Below, in pieces: positions 25,301-37,075 of a stretch of DNA of 64,000 bases (its first letter is position 1; the number at the start of each line of letters is the position of its first letter). Origin of the DNA: Ranitomeya imitator (Eukaryota); assembly GCF_032444005.1 (NCBI RefSeq), contig NC_091282.1, forward strand, positions 661,974,001-662,038,000, read 5' to 3'. The notes beneath the pieces are model-generated. The model made no database searches, was not told the DNA's origin, and worked only from the letters and a program-made list of their open reading frames with translations. The position numbers and the translations under genes are program-made.

Positions 25301-26877
25301 CAGGTTAGGAGGGAGATAAAACACACAACAGTCAGAAGTACGAGGTTGTCAGGGGCAGTGAGTGCACCTGGATATGTCATACCAGGAGCAGTGGAAAATT
25401 TTCGGGGATAATCTGACCCCTCACCCCCAATGAAATCAAGTCCTGAAACAAAAAGGGAAAAAAAACAAAAAAACAAAACAAAGACAAATCAGATTGAGCT
25501 GAAGAACAGGCGGTTCCCCGAATCTCCTCACACCCCTCCTCCCCATACGTGGCCACAGCATCACCACCCTCGGTGGTCGCATGGTAGGGGCATAAGGACC
25601 GCAGGGGGGCAGTGGGACATACTTGTTCCATCATCCGGCTCAAAGCTGGCAGCGTTATTCCAAGTGCTGCTGTTCCCGTAGTTGTCCTCAGTGCTGGAGG
25701 GCTCAGCATAGTCTGCGGGGTTAAAGGTCCTGGAAGAAAGGGTCCGAAATAATCAAGGGACGTGTCAGACAGAATCACACATGAGCACAAACGGTCGGGC
25801 ACACGTACCCCATGCCCTGCGCAGAGAAGCGGCCGCCTCTTCTTCCTGATCCACCTAACCAGAAAAAACAAACAAAGAATAGCATTAGAGCCCGGAGGAG
25901 CCGCCCGTCTGTCACCTGTGGGGGCCTGAGGACATGGGCACAGACCTCTGCCCCGGCCACGCCCTCGGCGTCCTCTCTCTGTGCCTCTGCCCGAAGAGCC
26001 GCCAGATTTGCCACCTTCCAAACCGTTCTCCTGTGCCCGGACTGCAAGAGGAGAAAGTATCATGGTCAGTCGGCAGGACACAGACTGACAGGCTGCAGCA
26101 GTCACTTGGTTAGTACCAGTCACTCACACTCTCTGCCGCGGCTCGCGCCGCGCCCTCTCCGCGGTGCCCCGCCACGCCTGCGGCTGTAGTCGCGCTCTCT
26201 GTCACGGTTCTCTCGCGATTCCTCGCTCTGTTCGGCCTGCCCTGTCTCTTTCTGTCCAGACACTCCTTTCTTCTTACCCACCATCTCCCAGGAGTGCTGT
26301 AGGGGGTACAACACAGCATGTCAGGGGGCACAGCCAGAGTGGCAGCCATTACAGACACATCTCTCTCGTGCATCGCTCACCGTGTCGGGGTTCCCCTCCA
26401 GCAGGACATTGATGGCGCGGTTCAGATCGCCATTGCAGTCGTGAAGTGCAATCACACACTCGTCCTGGTTCTTCCCCGTGATGTCGATTAGCTGAGGAGA
26501 GAAAGATGGAGGTGAACAGAGGGGCAAAGGCAATGTCTGCAGAATGGGATGCAACAGAGAATCATGACACCAAACCACAGGATAAGGAGAGGTCAGCGCT
26601 GATGCTATAACAAATACTCAGCTCTGGCCACACACTCACCTGTTTTACTTCTTCCTCAAAGTCAGCGTCATTCTGGTCCGAAATCATCTGTGCCAACCGG
26701 ATCTGCTCTGCGGTGGCCTAGACAGGGAGAGGAGACATCAGTAGGATAGGGAATGTGTGAGAGGGGATGCTGCCCCTGGGGAACTGCCATTACCTGAGGC
26801 CTTTGCTTGTGCTGCGTCTGGTTCTGTGTCTGTTCCCAGGTTCCCCGGGTGCGGGTCGTGGCCACCGAGGTCATCAT
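10360..26877 (-). CDS. UBAP2L: Ubiquitin-associated protein 2-like (stress-granule scaffold), ~1107 aa without the cassette exon
   Basis: Coding exons 26794-26877, 26640-26717, 26381-26491, 26128-26296, 25946-26041, 25809-25854, 25623-25729, [cassette 25383 or 25368-25442], 24551-24603, 24370-24455, 24114-24285, 23540-23726, 23206-23468, 22770-22942, 22292-22484, 22006-22057, 21617-21794, 21457-21523, 21069-21249, 20897-20985, 20616-20669, 20446-20527, 20126-20343, 19246-19351, 18826-18942, 18485-18552, 18192-18389, 10360-10455; phases consistent, 3324 nt. UBA domain (LIDITGKNQDECVIALHDCNGD), RGG tract, QFGALQFGSEP, PQVYGYDDLQMLQTRFPLDYYSIPF and terminal YSWGSN match recalled human UBAP2L. 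Confidence 0.96.
11364..14904 (+). mobile_element. Non-autonomous piggyBac-like DNA transposon with internal ~385-bp tandem units and a short telomere-like tract
   Basis: TTAA|CCCCTTCGTGAC ... GGTGAAGGGG|TTAA; internal repeats containing catatggggtatc recur at ~13020, 13409, 13786 and 14180; (GGGTTA)-like tract at ~12822-12870; no transposase ORF. Strand is relative to the other copies only. Confidence 0.8.
15020..17717. mobile_element. Composite TTAA-ended repeat region interrupted by an L2 fragment
   Basis: ttaacc-type left end and ggtcactaaggagttaa right end; 16690-16800 and 17590-17717 match 40623-40853 in reverse orientation. Confidence 0.5.
16803..17585 (+). mobile_element. 5'-truncated L2 (CR1/L2 clade) LINE, RT C-terminus plus 3' tail
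   Basis: HALISRLDYCNLLLSGLP...LQSILNSAARLIY...LHWLPIAQRLQFKTLTMTYKAIHNLSPPYI is the typical L2 ORF2 end; it ends in ggcgctataaaaatgtataataataacaataac. Confidence 0.9.
21309..21434 (-). ncRNA. SNORA58: H/ACA snoRNA, SNORA58-like, copy 1 (UBAP2L intron 21250-21456)
   Basis: 5' hairpin GCATGTAAGTTGACCC...GGGGGACAGTACATGC, H box AGAGCA, 3' hairpin GGATCTGCTGT...ACAGCATCC, ACA box plus 3 nt. Confidence 0.75.
21847..21973 (-). ncRNA. SNORA58: H/ACA snoRNA, SNORA58-like, copy 2 (intron 21795-22005)
   Basis: ACGGACACCCGTAGACCC...GGGGGGACAGTGTGTCGT, H box ACAGTA, 3' hairpin CAGAGCGGTC...GACTGGTCTG, ACA plus 3 nt. Confidence 0.8.
22116..22247 (-). ncRNA. SNORA58: H/ACA snoRNA, SNORA58-like, copy 3 (intron 22058-22291)
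   Basis: GCATGACAGTAGACCC...AGGGGGGGACAGCGCATGC, H box ATATTA, 3' hairpin, ACA-TCT end. Resembles recalled human SNORA58 (GCATACTCGTAGACC...AGGGGGGACATTG). Confidence 0.82.
22977..23120. other. Assembly gap (144 N) inside a UBAP2L intron
   Basis: Run of N; the flanking exons join in phase. Confidence 0.99.
23795..23921 (-). ncRNA. SNORA58: H/ACA snoRNA, SNORA58-like, copy 4 (intron 23727-24113)
   Basis: GCATGCCAGTAGACCCC...AGGGGGGGACAGCGCATGC, H box ATAAGA, 3' hairpin, ACA-ACG end. Confidence 0.82.
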
Positions 26878-27419
26878 TTACAGTATATACAAATAACAGT
26901 ATTTACAAGTTACAGCTCTGTAGGGGAAGCAGAGAGGGTTAAAGCTGGGGACCCCAAAAGGCCAGCAGATCTATACAATACTTATCCTGTATGATACCCC
27001 CCTAGGACTGGGCTGCTAGCATGGCCTCATATACCTGGAGCATACCCCCTCCCCTCCAGCACCAGGCCCAGAATGGGCCGAGAGCGCCCCCTGCAGGACC
27101 CAAGTCCTACATCAGGTGCAGACGCAGCATTCATAGAGAGCAGAGTATTGGCAAAACCATGTGACAGCACACAGAGGATCACCGTGGCCACTGCTGTATA
27201 ACTGATTTAAAAAAAGGAAAATAAGCTGTGCCAACAACACAGTGCTGCTCACACGACACGTCACGCAGAGGATTTTGACATGAGAGGGATAAGCCTCACA
27301 GTCTTACGTTACCCGGTGTCCCCCGCACGACAAGTCGTCTAACGTGATGTGTGACAACAGGTGCAGGACAAGAGTCGGCCACGGCTATATAAGGAGCTGT
27401 TTCTCCTGTCACTGTATCC

Positions 27420-28860
27420 TATCAAGGGGGGTCCTCACCACAAACCCCGAGGGGACACAGCACATGGGGGGTCCTAAATGCAAACCCCAATGGGACACCA
27501 CACAGAAGTGGGGGGCTGGGGTCCTCAACGCAGACCTTGAGGGGACACAGCACAGGGAAGAGGGGGAAGTCCTCAGCAAAGACCTCCAGGGGACCCTCAC
27601 TGAAGACCTCGACAGGACACAGCACACGCGGATGGGTCCTCATTGCAGACCCCTAGGGGACGGGGGGTGTCCTTACCGCAGACCCCGAGTGGACTCAGCA
27701 CAAGGTAGGTCCTAAATGCAGACCTCGAGTGGACACAGCACAGAGGTGAAGGGCCTGAGGTCCTAAACGCAAACCTCGAGGGGACATGGGGCTCATCGCA
27801 GACCCCAAGGGGACATAACACAAGGGGGCGCTCACCATAGACCTCGAGGGGACACAGCACAAAGGTATCCTCACCACAGACCCCGAGGGGACACAGCACA
27901 GGGGGGTCCTAACCCCAGACCCCAAGGGGCATACAGCAAGGGGATCCTCACCGCAGACCCCAAGGAGACAGCACAGGGGGGTTCTCACCGCAGGACCTGT
28001 GAGGACACACCCCAAGACGGGGGTGTTCTCACCGCAAACCTCAAGGGGACACTCCCCAAACGGGAGGGTTCTCACTGCAGACCCCAAAAGGCAAACAGGA
28101 AGGGGGTCCTCACCGCACCGCAGACTCCAAGAGGACAGCACGGGGGGGGTCCTCACCGCAGACCCCAAGGGGACACAGCACGGGGGGGGGGGGGGGGATT
28201 GGCCTCACCGCAGACCCTGAGGGGCAAACAGCAAGGGGGATCCTCTCCGCAGACCCCAAGGGGACACAGCATGGGGGGGGTCCTCGCCGCAGACCCCAAG
28301 GGGACACAGCACGGGGGGGGGGGGATTGGCCTCACCGCAGACCCTGAGGGGCAAACAGCAAGGGGGATCCTCTCCGCAGACCCCAAGGGGACACAGCATG
28401 GGGGGGTCCTCGCCGCAGACCCGGAGGGGCAAACAGCAAGGGAGATCCTCTACGCAGACCCCAAAGGGACACAGCACGGGGGGGATCCTCACCGCAGACC
28501 CCAAGGGGACACAGCACGGGGAGTCCTCACCGCAGACCTCAAGGGGACACAGCACGGGGGGGGGGGGGGGTCCTCGCCGCAGACCCTGAGGTGCAAACAG
28601 CAAGGGGGATCCTCTCCGCAGACCCCAAAGGGATACAGCACGGGGGGGGGGTGTCCTCACTGCAGACCCCAAGGGGACACAGCATGGGGGGGTCCTCACC
28701 GCAGACCCCAAGGGGACACAGCACGGGGGGTCCTCACCGCAGACCCCAAGGGGACACAGCACGGGGGTCCTCACCGCAGACCCTGAGGGGCAAACAGCGA
28801 GGGGGATCCTCTCCGCAGACCCCGAGGGGACACAGCATCGGGGGGGGGGGGGGGGGTCAT
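27420..28860. repeat. G-rich ~35-40-bp minisatellite in UBAP2L intron 1
   Basis: ggggtcctcaccgcagaccccaaggggacacagcacggg repeats with variants. Confidence 0.92.
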
Positions 28861-29207
28861 CCTCGCCACGGACCCCGACACATTACGGGGGATGAACTAC
28901 AAGTCCCAGCAGCCCGTGCCATCACTGCTGGGAGAGATTACCCAGGACTGATCTCATCCAATAAGGAGTTTGGAAAAAAGACCGGAAAAACCGGCGACCC
29001 AGGCGGCAACCGCCGCTACTCCAGCCCGAGGCTTCACCCGGCCTAATAGGCCGCAGCGCGGGAGAAGCCGCGGAGACGCATTGTGCTCTCGGACCGCCAC
29101 GGTCGAAGCCCGGGTCGCTCTCCCAGCAGACTACTACCGCCGTGCCTCCGCCACCGACATTATATTAACCCCCTCCCACCGAGCTTCGAGAAAAGCTCCG
29201 TCCTCAC

Positions 29208-29430
29208 CTGCGGCTCCTCCGCTCTGACACCACGTGACCGCACTTCCGCTCCGCCCCCTCTCACGTACGCTAGGCTGCGCCAAGACGCGTCCAGGATGCG
29301 TTTCACAGGGCTGTGCGTTCCACAACTCGATCTTGGAAGTGATTGGATAGCTGATGGCAAGGGCGTGGTTTGCGGATTGAAAGGGTCACGTGACAAAGAC
29401 GGAAAAAATAATTAAAAACGAAGAAAAAAG
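29208..29430. promoter_or_regulatory. Bidirectional CpG-rich promoter for UBAP2L and C1orf43, including the probable non-coding UBAP2L exon 1
   Basis: Minus-strand donor CAG|GTGAGG at 29208/29207; E-boxes CACGTG at 29231 and GTCACGTGAC at 29385; ETS ACTTCCG at 29242; reverse CCAAT at 29341; GC box GGGCGTGG at 29361; C1orf43 ATG at 29431. Confidence 0.75.
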
Positions 29431-32400
29431 ATGGTGAAGACACAGCACAAAGAGAGTAACTGGCTGTCCGGGGTCAACGTGGTGCTGATCATGGCCTACG
29501 GCAGCCTGGTGAGGAAGAGGACGGGAGAGCTGTACGGGGAGGTTTCCCAGGGCACCAATACAATGGGCTGCTGTCTCACTGCACCCAAACCCTCATAACT
29601 GTCAGCACCACATAAAGCACTTGGAACAGTCAGCAAGCAGGAAGGAGGGCTGGCAAACGAGCAGGGGGCTGTGCGGAGGGGACAGTGAGAGAGAAAGCAG
29701 GGGGCTGTGTGGAGGGGACAGAGAGAGAAAGCAGGGGGCTGTGCGGAGGGGACAGTGAGAGAAAGCAGGGGGCTGTGCGGAGGGGACAGTGAGAGAAAGC
29801 AGGGGGCTGTGCGGAGGGGACAGTGAGAGAAAGCAGGGGGCTGTGCGGAGGGGACAGAGAGAGAAAGCAGGGGGCTGTGCGGAGGGGACAGAGAGAGAAA
29901 GCAGGGGGCTGTGCGGAGGGGACAGTGAGAGAAAGCAGGGGGCTGTGCGGAGGGGACAGTGAGAGAAAGCAGGGGGCTGTGCGGAGGGGACAGAGAGAGA
30001 AAGCAGGGGGCTGTGCGGAGGGGACAGAGAGAGAAAGCAGGGGGCTGTGCGGAGGGGACAGTGAGAGAAAGCAGGGGGCTGTGCGGAGGGGACAGAGAGA
30101 GAAAGCAGGGGGCTGTGCGGAGGGCCCGGGACAGTGAGAGAAAGCAGGGGGCTGTGCGGAGGGGACAGTGAGAGAAAGCAGGGGGCTGTGCGGAGGGGAC
30201 AGTGAGAGAGAAAGCAGGGGGCTGTGCGGAGGGGACAGTGAGAGAGAAAGCAGGGGGCTGTGCGGAGGGGACAGTGAGAGAAAGCAGGGGGCTGTGCAGA
30301 GGGGACAGTGAGAGAGAAAGCAGGGGGCTGTGCGGAGGGGACAGTGAGAGAGAAAGCAGGGGGCTGTGCGGAGGGGACAGTGAGAGAAAGCAGGGGGCTG
30401 TGCAGAGGGGACAGTGAGAGAGAAACCAGGGGGCTGTGTGGAGGGGACAGTGAGAGAGAAACCAGGGGGCTGTGTGGAGGGGACAGTGAGAGAGAAAGCA
30501 GGGGGCTGTGCGGAGGGGACAGTGAGAGCGAAAGCAGGGGGCTGTGCGGAGGGGACAGTGAGAGAGAAAGCAGGGGGCTGTGCGGAGGGGACAGAGAGAG
30601 AAAGCAGGGGGCTGTGCGGAGGGGACAGTGAGAGAGAAAGCGGGGCTGTGCGGAGGGGACAGTGAGAGAGAAAGCAGGGGGCTGTGCGGAGGGGACAGTG
30701 AGAGAGAAAGCAGGGGGCTGTGCGGAGGGGACAGAGAAAGCAGGGGGCTGTGCGGAGGGGACAGAGAGAGAAAGCAGGGGGCTGTGCGGAGGGGACAGAG
30801 AGAGAAAGCAGGGGGCTGTGCGGAGGGGACAGTGAGAGAGAAACCAGGGGGCTGTGTGGAGGGGACAGAGAGAGAAAGCAGGGGGATGTGCGGAGGGGAC
30901 AGTGAGAGAGAAAGCAGGGGGCTGTGCGGAGGGGACAGTGAGAGAGAAAGCAGGGGGCTGTGTGGAGGGGACAGTGAGAGAGAAAGCAGGGGGCTGTGCG
31001 GAGGGGACAGAGAGAGAAAGCAGGGGGCTGTGCGGAGGGGACAGTGAGAGAGAAAGCAGGGGGCTGTGCGGAGGGGACAGTGAGAGAAAGCAGGGGGCTG
31101 TGCGGAGGGGACAGTGAGAGAAAGCAGGGGGCTGTGCGGAGGGGACAGTGAGAGAGAAAGCAGGGGGCTGTGCGGAGGGGACAGTGAGAGAGAAACCAGG
31201 GGGCTGTGCGGAGGGGACAGTGAGAGAGAAAGCAGGGGGCTGTGCGGAGGGGACAGTGCGAGCGAAACCAGGGGGCTGTGCGGAGGGGACAGTGAGAGAG
31301 AAAGCAGGGGGCTGTGCGGAGGGGACAGTGAGAGCGAAACCAGGGGGCTGTGTGGAGGGGACAGAGAGAGAAAGCAGGGGGCTGTGCGGAGGGGACAGTG
31401 AGAGAAAGCAGGGGGCTGTGCGGAGGGGACAGTGAGAGAAAGCAGGGGGCTGTGCGGAGGGGACAGAGAGAGAAAGCAGGGGGCTGTGCGGAGGAGACAG
31501 AGAGAGAAAGCAGGGGGCTGTGCGGAGGGGACAGTGAGAGAAAGCAGGGGGCTGTGCGGAGGGGACAGTGAGAGAAAGCAGGGGGCTGTGCGGAGGGGAC
31601 AGAGAGAGAAAGCAGGGGGCTGTGCGGAGGGGACAGAGAGAGAAAGCAGGGGGCTGTGCGGAGGGGACAGTGAGAGAAAGCAGGGGGCTGTGCGGAGGGG
31701 ACAGAGAGAGAAAGCAGGGGGCTGTGCGGAGGGCCCGGGACAGTGAGAGAAAGCAGGGGGCTGTGCGGAGGGGACAGTGAGAGAAAGCAGGGGGCTGTGC
31801 GGAGGGGACAGTGAGAGAGAAAGCAGGGGGCTGTGCGGAGGGGACAGTGAGAGAGAAAGCAGGGGGCTGTGCGGAGGGGACAGTGAGAGAAAGCAGGGGG
31901 CTGTGCAGAGGGGACAGTGAGAGAGAAAGCAGGGGGCTGTGCGGAGGGGACAGTGAGAGAGAAAGCAGGGGGCTGTGCGGAGGGGACAGTGAGAGAAAGC
32001 AGGGGGCTGTGCAGAGGGGACAGTGAGAGAGAAACCAGGGGGCTGTGTGGAGGGGACAGTGAGAGAGAAACCAGGGGGCTGTGTGGAGGGGACAGTGAGA
32101 GAGAAAGCAGGGGGCTGTGCGGAGGGGACAGTGAGAGCGAAAGCAGGGGGCTGTGCGGAGGGGACAGTGAGAGAGAAAGCAGGGGGCTGTGCGGAGGGGA
32201 CAGAGAGAGAAAGCAGGGGGCTGTGCGGAGGGGACAGTGAGAGAGAAAGCGGGGCTGTGCGGAGGGGACAGTGAGAGAGAAAGCAGGGGGCTGTGCGGAG
32301 GGGACAGTGAGAGAGAAAGCAGGGGGCTGTGCGGAGGGGACAGAGAAAGCAGGGGGCTGTGCGGAGGGGACAGAGAGAGAAAGCAGGGGGCTGTGCGGAG

Positions 32401-35400
32401 GGGACAGAGAGAGAAAGCAGGGGGCTGTGCGGAGGGGACAGTGAGAGAGAAACCAGGGGGCTGTGTGGAGGGGACAGAGAGAGAAAGCAGGGGGCTGTGC
32501 GGAGGGGACAGTGAGAGAGAAAGCAGGGGGCTGTGCGGAGGGGACAGTGAGAGAGAAAGCAGGGGGCTGTGTGGAGGGGACAGTGAGAGAGAAAGCAGGG
32601 GGCTGTGCGGAGGGGACAGTGAGAGAGAAAGCAGGGGGCTGTGCGGAGGGGACAGTGAGAGAGAAAGCAGGGGGCTGTGCGGAGGGGACAGTGAGAGAAA
32701 GCAGGGGGCTGTGTGGAGGGGACAGTGAGAGAAAGCAGGGGGCTGTGCGGAGGGGACAGTGAGAGAGAAAGCAGGGGGCTGTGCGGAGGGGACAGTGAGA
32801 GAGAAACCAGGGGGCTGTGCGGAGGGGACAGTGAGAGAGAAAGCAGGGGGCTGTGCGGAGGGGACAGTGCGAGCGAAACCAGGGGGCTGTGCGGAGGGGA
32901 CAGTGAGAGAGAAAGCAGGGGGCTGTGCGGAGGGGACAGTGAGAGCGAAACCAGGGGGCTGTGTGGAGGGGACAATGAGAGAGAAAGCAGGGGGCTGTGC
33001 GGAGGGGACAGTGAGAGAGAAAGCAGGGGGCTGTGCGGAGGGGACAGTGAGAGAGAAAGCAGGGGGCTGTGCGGAGGGGACAGTGAGAGAAAGCAGGGGG
33101 CTGTGCGGAGGGGACAGAGAGAGAAAGCAGGGGCTGTGCGGAGGGGACAGAGAGAGAAAGCAGGGGGCTGTGCGGAGGGGACAGTGAGAGAGAAAGCAGG
33201 GGGTTGTGCGGAGGGGACAGTGAGAGAGAAACCAGAGGGCTGTGTGGAGGGGACAGTGAGAGAGAAAGCAGGGGGCTGTGTGGAGGGGACAGTGAGAGAG
33301 AAAGCAGGGGGCTGTGTGGAGGGGACAGTGAGAGAGAAAGCAGGGGGCTGTGTGGAGGGGACAGAAAGAGAAAGCAGGGGGCTGTGCGGAGGGGACAGTG
33401 AGAGAGAAAGCAGGGGGTTGTGCGGAGGGGACAGAGAGAGAAAGCAGGGGGCTGTGCGGAGGGGACAGTGAGAGAGAAAGCAGGGGGTTGTGCGGAGGGG
33501 ACAGAGAGAGAAAGCAGGGGGCTGTGCGGAGGGGACAGTGAGAGAGAAACCAGAGGGCTGTGTGGAGGGGACAGAGAGAGAAAGCAGGGGGCTGTGCGGA
33601 GGGGACAGTGAGAGAGAAAGCAGGGGGCTGTGCGGAGGGGACAGTGAGAGAGAAAGCAGGGGGCTGTACGGAGGGGACAGTGAGAGAGCAGGGGGCTGTG
33701 CGGAGGGGACAGAGTGAGAAAGCAGGGGGCTGTGCGGAGGGGACAGTGAGAGAAAGGAGGGGACTGCGGAGGGGACAGTGAGAGAGAAAGCAGGGGGCTG
33801 TGCGGAGGGGACAGTGAGAGAGAAAGCAGGGGGCTGTGCGGAGGGGACAGTGAGAGAGAAAGCGGGGCTGTGCGGAGGGGACAGTGAGAGAGAAAGCAGG
33901 GGGCTGTGCGGAGGGGACAGAGAGAGAAAGCAGGGGGCTGTGCGGAGGGCCCGGGACAGTGAGAGAAAGCAGGGGGCTGTGCGGAGGGGACAGTGAGAGA
34001 GAAAGCAGGGGACTGCGGATGGGACAGAGAGCAGGGGGCTGTGCGGAGGACAGAAAGAGAGCAGGGGGATGTGAAAGAAGACAGTGAGTGAGCAGAAGGC
34101 TCTGCGGGGGAATAGCGAGCGAGCAGGGGGCTCTGCGGGGAACAGCAAGCAAATGGGGCTCTGTGGAGGAAAAGCAAGCAAGCAGGGGGGCATGCGGGGG
34201 GAACAGTGACTGAGCAGGGGGCTGTGTGTGGGAACAGTGGGAGAGGGAGCTTGGGGCTGTACAGGGGAAGAGCGAGCAGGGGGCTGTCTGTGGGAACAGT
34301 GGGAGATGGAGCCGTGCAGGAGGACACTTGATGAGCAGGGGGCTGTGGGAACAGTAGGAGAGGGAGCTTGGAACTGTGCAGGGGGGGGGGGGGACTGGGT
34401 GAGTGAGCAAAGGGTTGACAAAGTGTTTGAGAGAGCGGGGTGTGTCAGAGGGCAGTGGGCAATCGAGCAGGGAGCTGCATGGGAAGGGATGGCGAGTGAA
34501 CAGGGGAGCCACATAGAGGGGACAATGAATGAGTATGGGTCACCTGGCTGCACTGATGTCGAGCTGTTAGCAGGATTCCGGATTACTGGCAGGTCACTGT
34601 ATTATTTAACCCTTTGCTCTCTTCAGCTGTTCGTCCTCATGTTCATCTTTGTGAAGAGACAGATCATGCGATTTGCGATGAAGTCTCGTCGAGGCCCCCA
34701 CGTGCCTGTAGGACATAATGCACCCAAGGTAAACACTCTAAATGTTGCGGTCAGTTGGATGTGCTCACCTATCTTCTCTCCTTCTCATCCCCTCTCCCAT
34801 CGCCTCTCTCCTCCACGTTTTCCAGTGGGGAATGCACAATTCCTTTTTTGCAGTGATGTTGCTCCCCTCTTTATTCCAGTGATGTTGCTCCTCTGCTTCT
34901 TCCAGTGGTGTTGCTCCCATTTTTTCCTGAGTGGGGTGTGCTCCCTTTCTCCAGTTGTGGGCCCTCCCGACTAATCTCTCTGCCATGTTTCTTCTCTTTT
35001 ACTGCAGGACCTGCGGGAGGAAATTGATAACCGTCTCTCTAAGGTGCAGGACATAAGGTTTGAGCCACAACTCCTGGCGGAGGGGGACGAGCGGATGCTA
35101 CAGCTGGGCTCTCCAGGTGAGGATGGGTGCCACAACCACCACCACCATGTTGGGCATCTTCTTCTCCCATCGGGTTTTCCCGTAACTCTTCGTGTCTGTG
35201 TCTTCCAGGCGGCTACAACTACCTTTACAGGATGAAGACACTGGATGCTGTGAAAGAGTCAGGTAATTGCCCTCCTAGCGATTAGAGAGAAGCAGCTCCA
35301 TACAGCCCTGAGCCGTGGTGTCAGGACTCCGGGTCGCACTCTTGAAGGGCTGTTAAAGTGTATCAGAGCTAGGTGAGAGATGTGCCATAGTCGTGATTGC

Positions 35401-36233
35401 AGCATCTTTCACTAGTACAGATGAGGGGCCTCATTCCTTGTTCTCTTGGTGGCGCCATCCACTCATCATCTCTCCATCCTTCCTTGTAGACATCCCCTTT
35501 CAGGAGAACGGAAAATTCCCCAAATCTTCAGTGGGGAAGAACTTCCAGGCCTACCTGCTGGAAATGACCAACGCCAGCTCACCCTTCAAAGGGGTGCGGA
35601 AGACATTATTGGACTCCCTGACGGAGGGTTATGACTCTGCACGGTACGGCACTGGGGTAAGAGCTTCCTCCTCATGGACGCTACTTAGGTTATGTCTCCT
35701 GGTAATAGGGGACGCTATAACCGCACCACGGCAAACGACGTATGGCACTGACTCAGGAGCTGAGCTCGCCCATAAAATATAGTTGCCAACAGGTTGGGAG
35801 GAGGTAAATGGTCACTTTGGGTGGGATTTCCACAGACAGGTGGCCCAGACCACCGCCATGGCGTGACTGCTTCATATTTATTGTATCTTCCAGGTGTACG
35901 GGAGGCTGGAGCACGAGAAGTTCATGGAGGCGCTGGCAGAGTTATCGGCATTGTAAGGCACCTTTTCACAACCAGCGTCACAGTGTGTATCATTGAGCTG
36001 CATTATTGACCCCTACTTTCTCTTTCTTCACCAGTGTTCAGACCAGGGAGGCTGGAAGCCACAGGCACCGCCATTCTGCTGTCAAGGACCTGACTTCGTC
36101 TCCTGAGTCCGCTGGGACTCCTACCATCCAGGTGACCTACCTGCCCTCCAGCCAGAAGAGCAAGAGACCCAAGCACTTCCTGGAGCTGAAGAACTTCAAA
36201 GACAACTACAACACCCTAGAGAGCACCTTGTGA
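29431..36233 (+). CDS. C1orf43: C1orf43 / NICE-3 homolog, 255 aa, 7 exons
   Basis: Exons 29431-29508, 34627-34728, 35008-35116, 35209-35262, 35490-35656, 35894-35952, 36035-36233; GT-AG, 768 nt. SNWLSGVNVVLIMAYGSL, IFVKRQIMRFAMKSRRGPHVPVGHNAPK and TIQVTYLPSSQKSKRPKHFLELKNFKDNYNTLESTL match recalled human C1orf43. Confidence 0.96.
29650..34030. repeat. Homogeneous 34-36-bp purine-rich minisatellite in C1orf43 intron 1
   Basis: gggacagtgagagagaaagcagggggctgtgcggag, ~120 copies; the 1500-1700-aa ORFs are stop-free repeat readings. Confidence 0.97.
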
Positions 36234-37075
36234 GGATGGCCACATCGGGGTTCTCCGGCATGGGGAGGTCTTACTCATGTCTATGAGTCAGTTGGTGCAT
36301 GTTGGCGTATTCACTCCACTTACTGGTGTCTCCTCCGAAGCTCAATTGGAGAGACGCCAAAAACTTGGCGGACGTCATCGATATAGCGGAGTGTTGTCCT
36401 ACCAGACTGAAACATGACCTGGATTTCTCTGCATGACTCATCTCCAACAGACCTGTACATAGTGACAGACTTCTGGGACCCCCACATTGTGTATATACAG
36501 GGTCTCCTGCCATATACAGAAGGAGCAGACGGGAGGGGATGTATTATCAATGTACACTATTAAATAAGATAAACTAATGTGACCTGTATGTATTCATTAC
36601 TAAATATGCACACGAGCAGTATTATACTATTTATATTATTTGTGACAAAGTCACTGGCAAAGTGCTGGAGGAGAGATACGTTTCACTGAGGCTATTAGCT
36701 TCAGTGATTTGAAACCCAGAAGTTTGCTCCAGCACATTATGTGTTGAGAGTGGTTAATAGGCCATTTTAAGGACTGAGTTTTTTTTTTTGTGGATAACTG
36801 TAGAGCTGGTGGGAGGTTGTCCACCTTATCTCCACCAAATCGTATAGTCTGTGGTTTAAATAGCCTCCTGAGGCATTCAATGTTCAGTGTGTCTGCAGAT
36901 TCTAACTCCAGAGACGTGTTTGTGCTAACCTGAACTGTGTGGATCCCTGCTACCACAAGGACTGTGCTTTGTATTACCACTCTGTTTTGTTTTCCTATTT
37001 TTCCCCAAAGGGCTATGTTTATTTGTACTTCACCATGATTCATGCCGCATATAAAACTGACCAGTGAAGATCTTA

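Noticed and set aside
29496-34553. Three overlapping 1565-1685-aa minus-strand ORFs
   Set aside because: They translate a 34-36-bp minisatellite lacking stop codons on that strand and lie antisense within C1orf43 intron 1.
34228-34974. 248-aa ORF containing C1orf43 sequence
   Set aside because: Only 34627-34728 is exonic; the rest is intron read-through.
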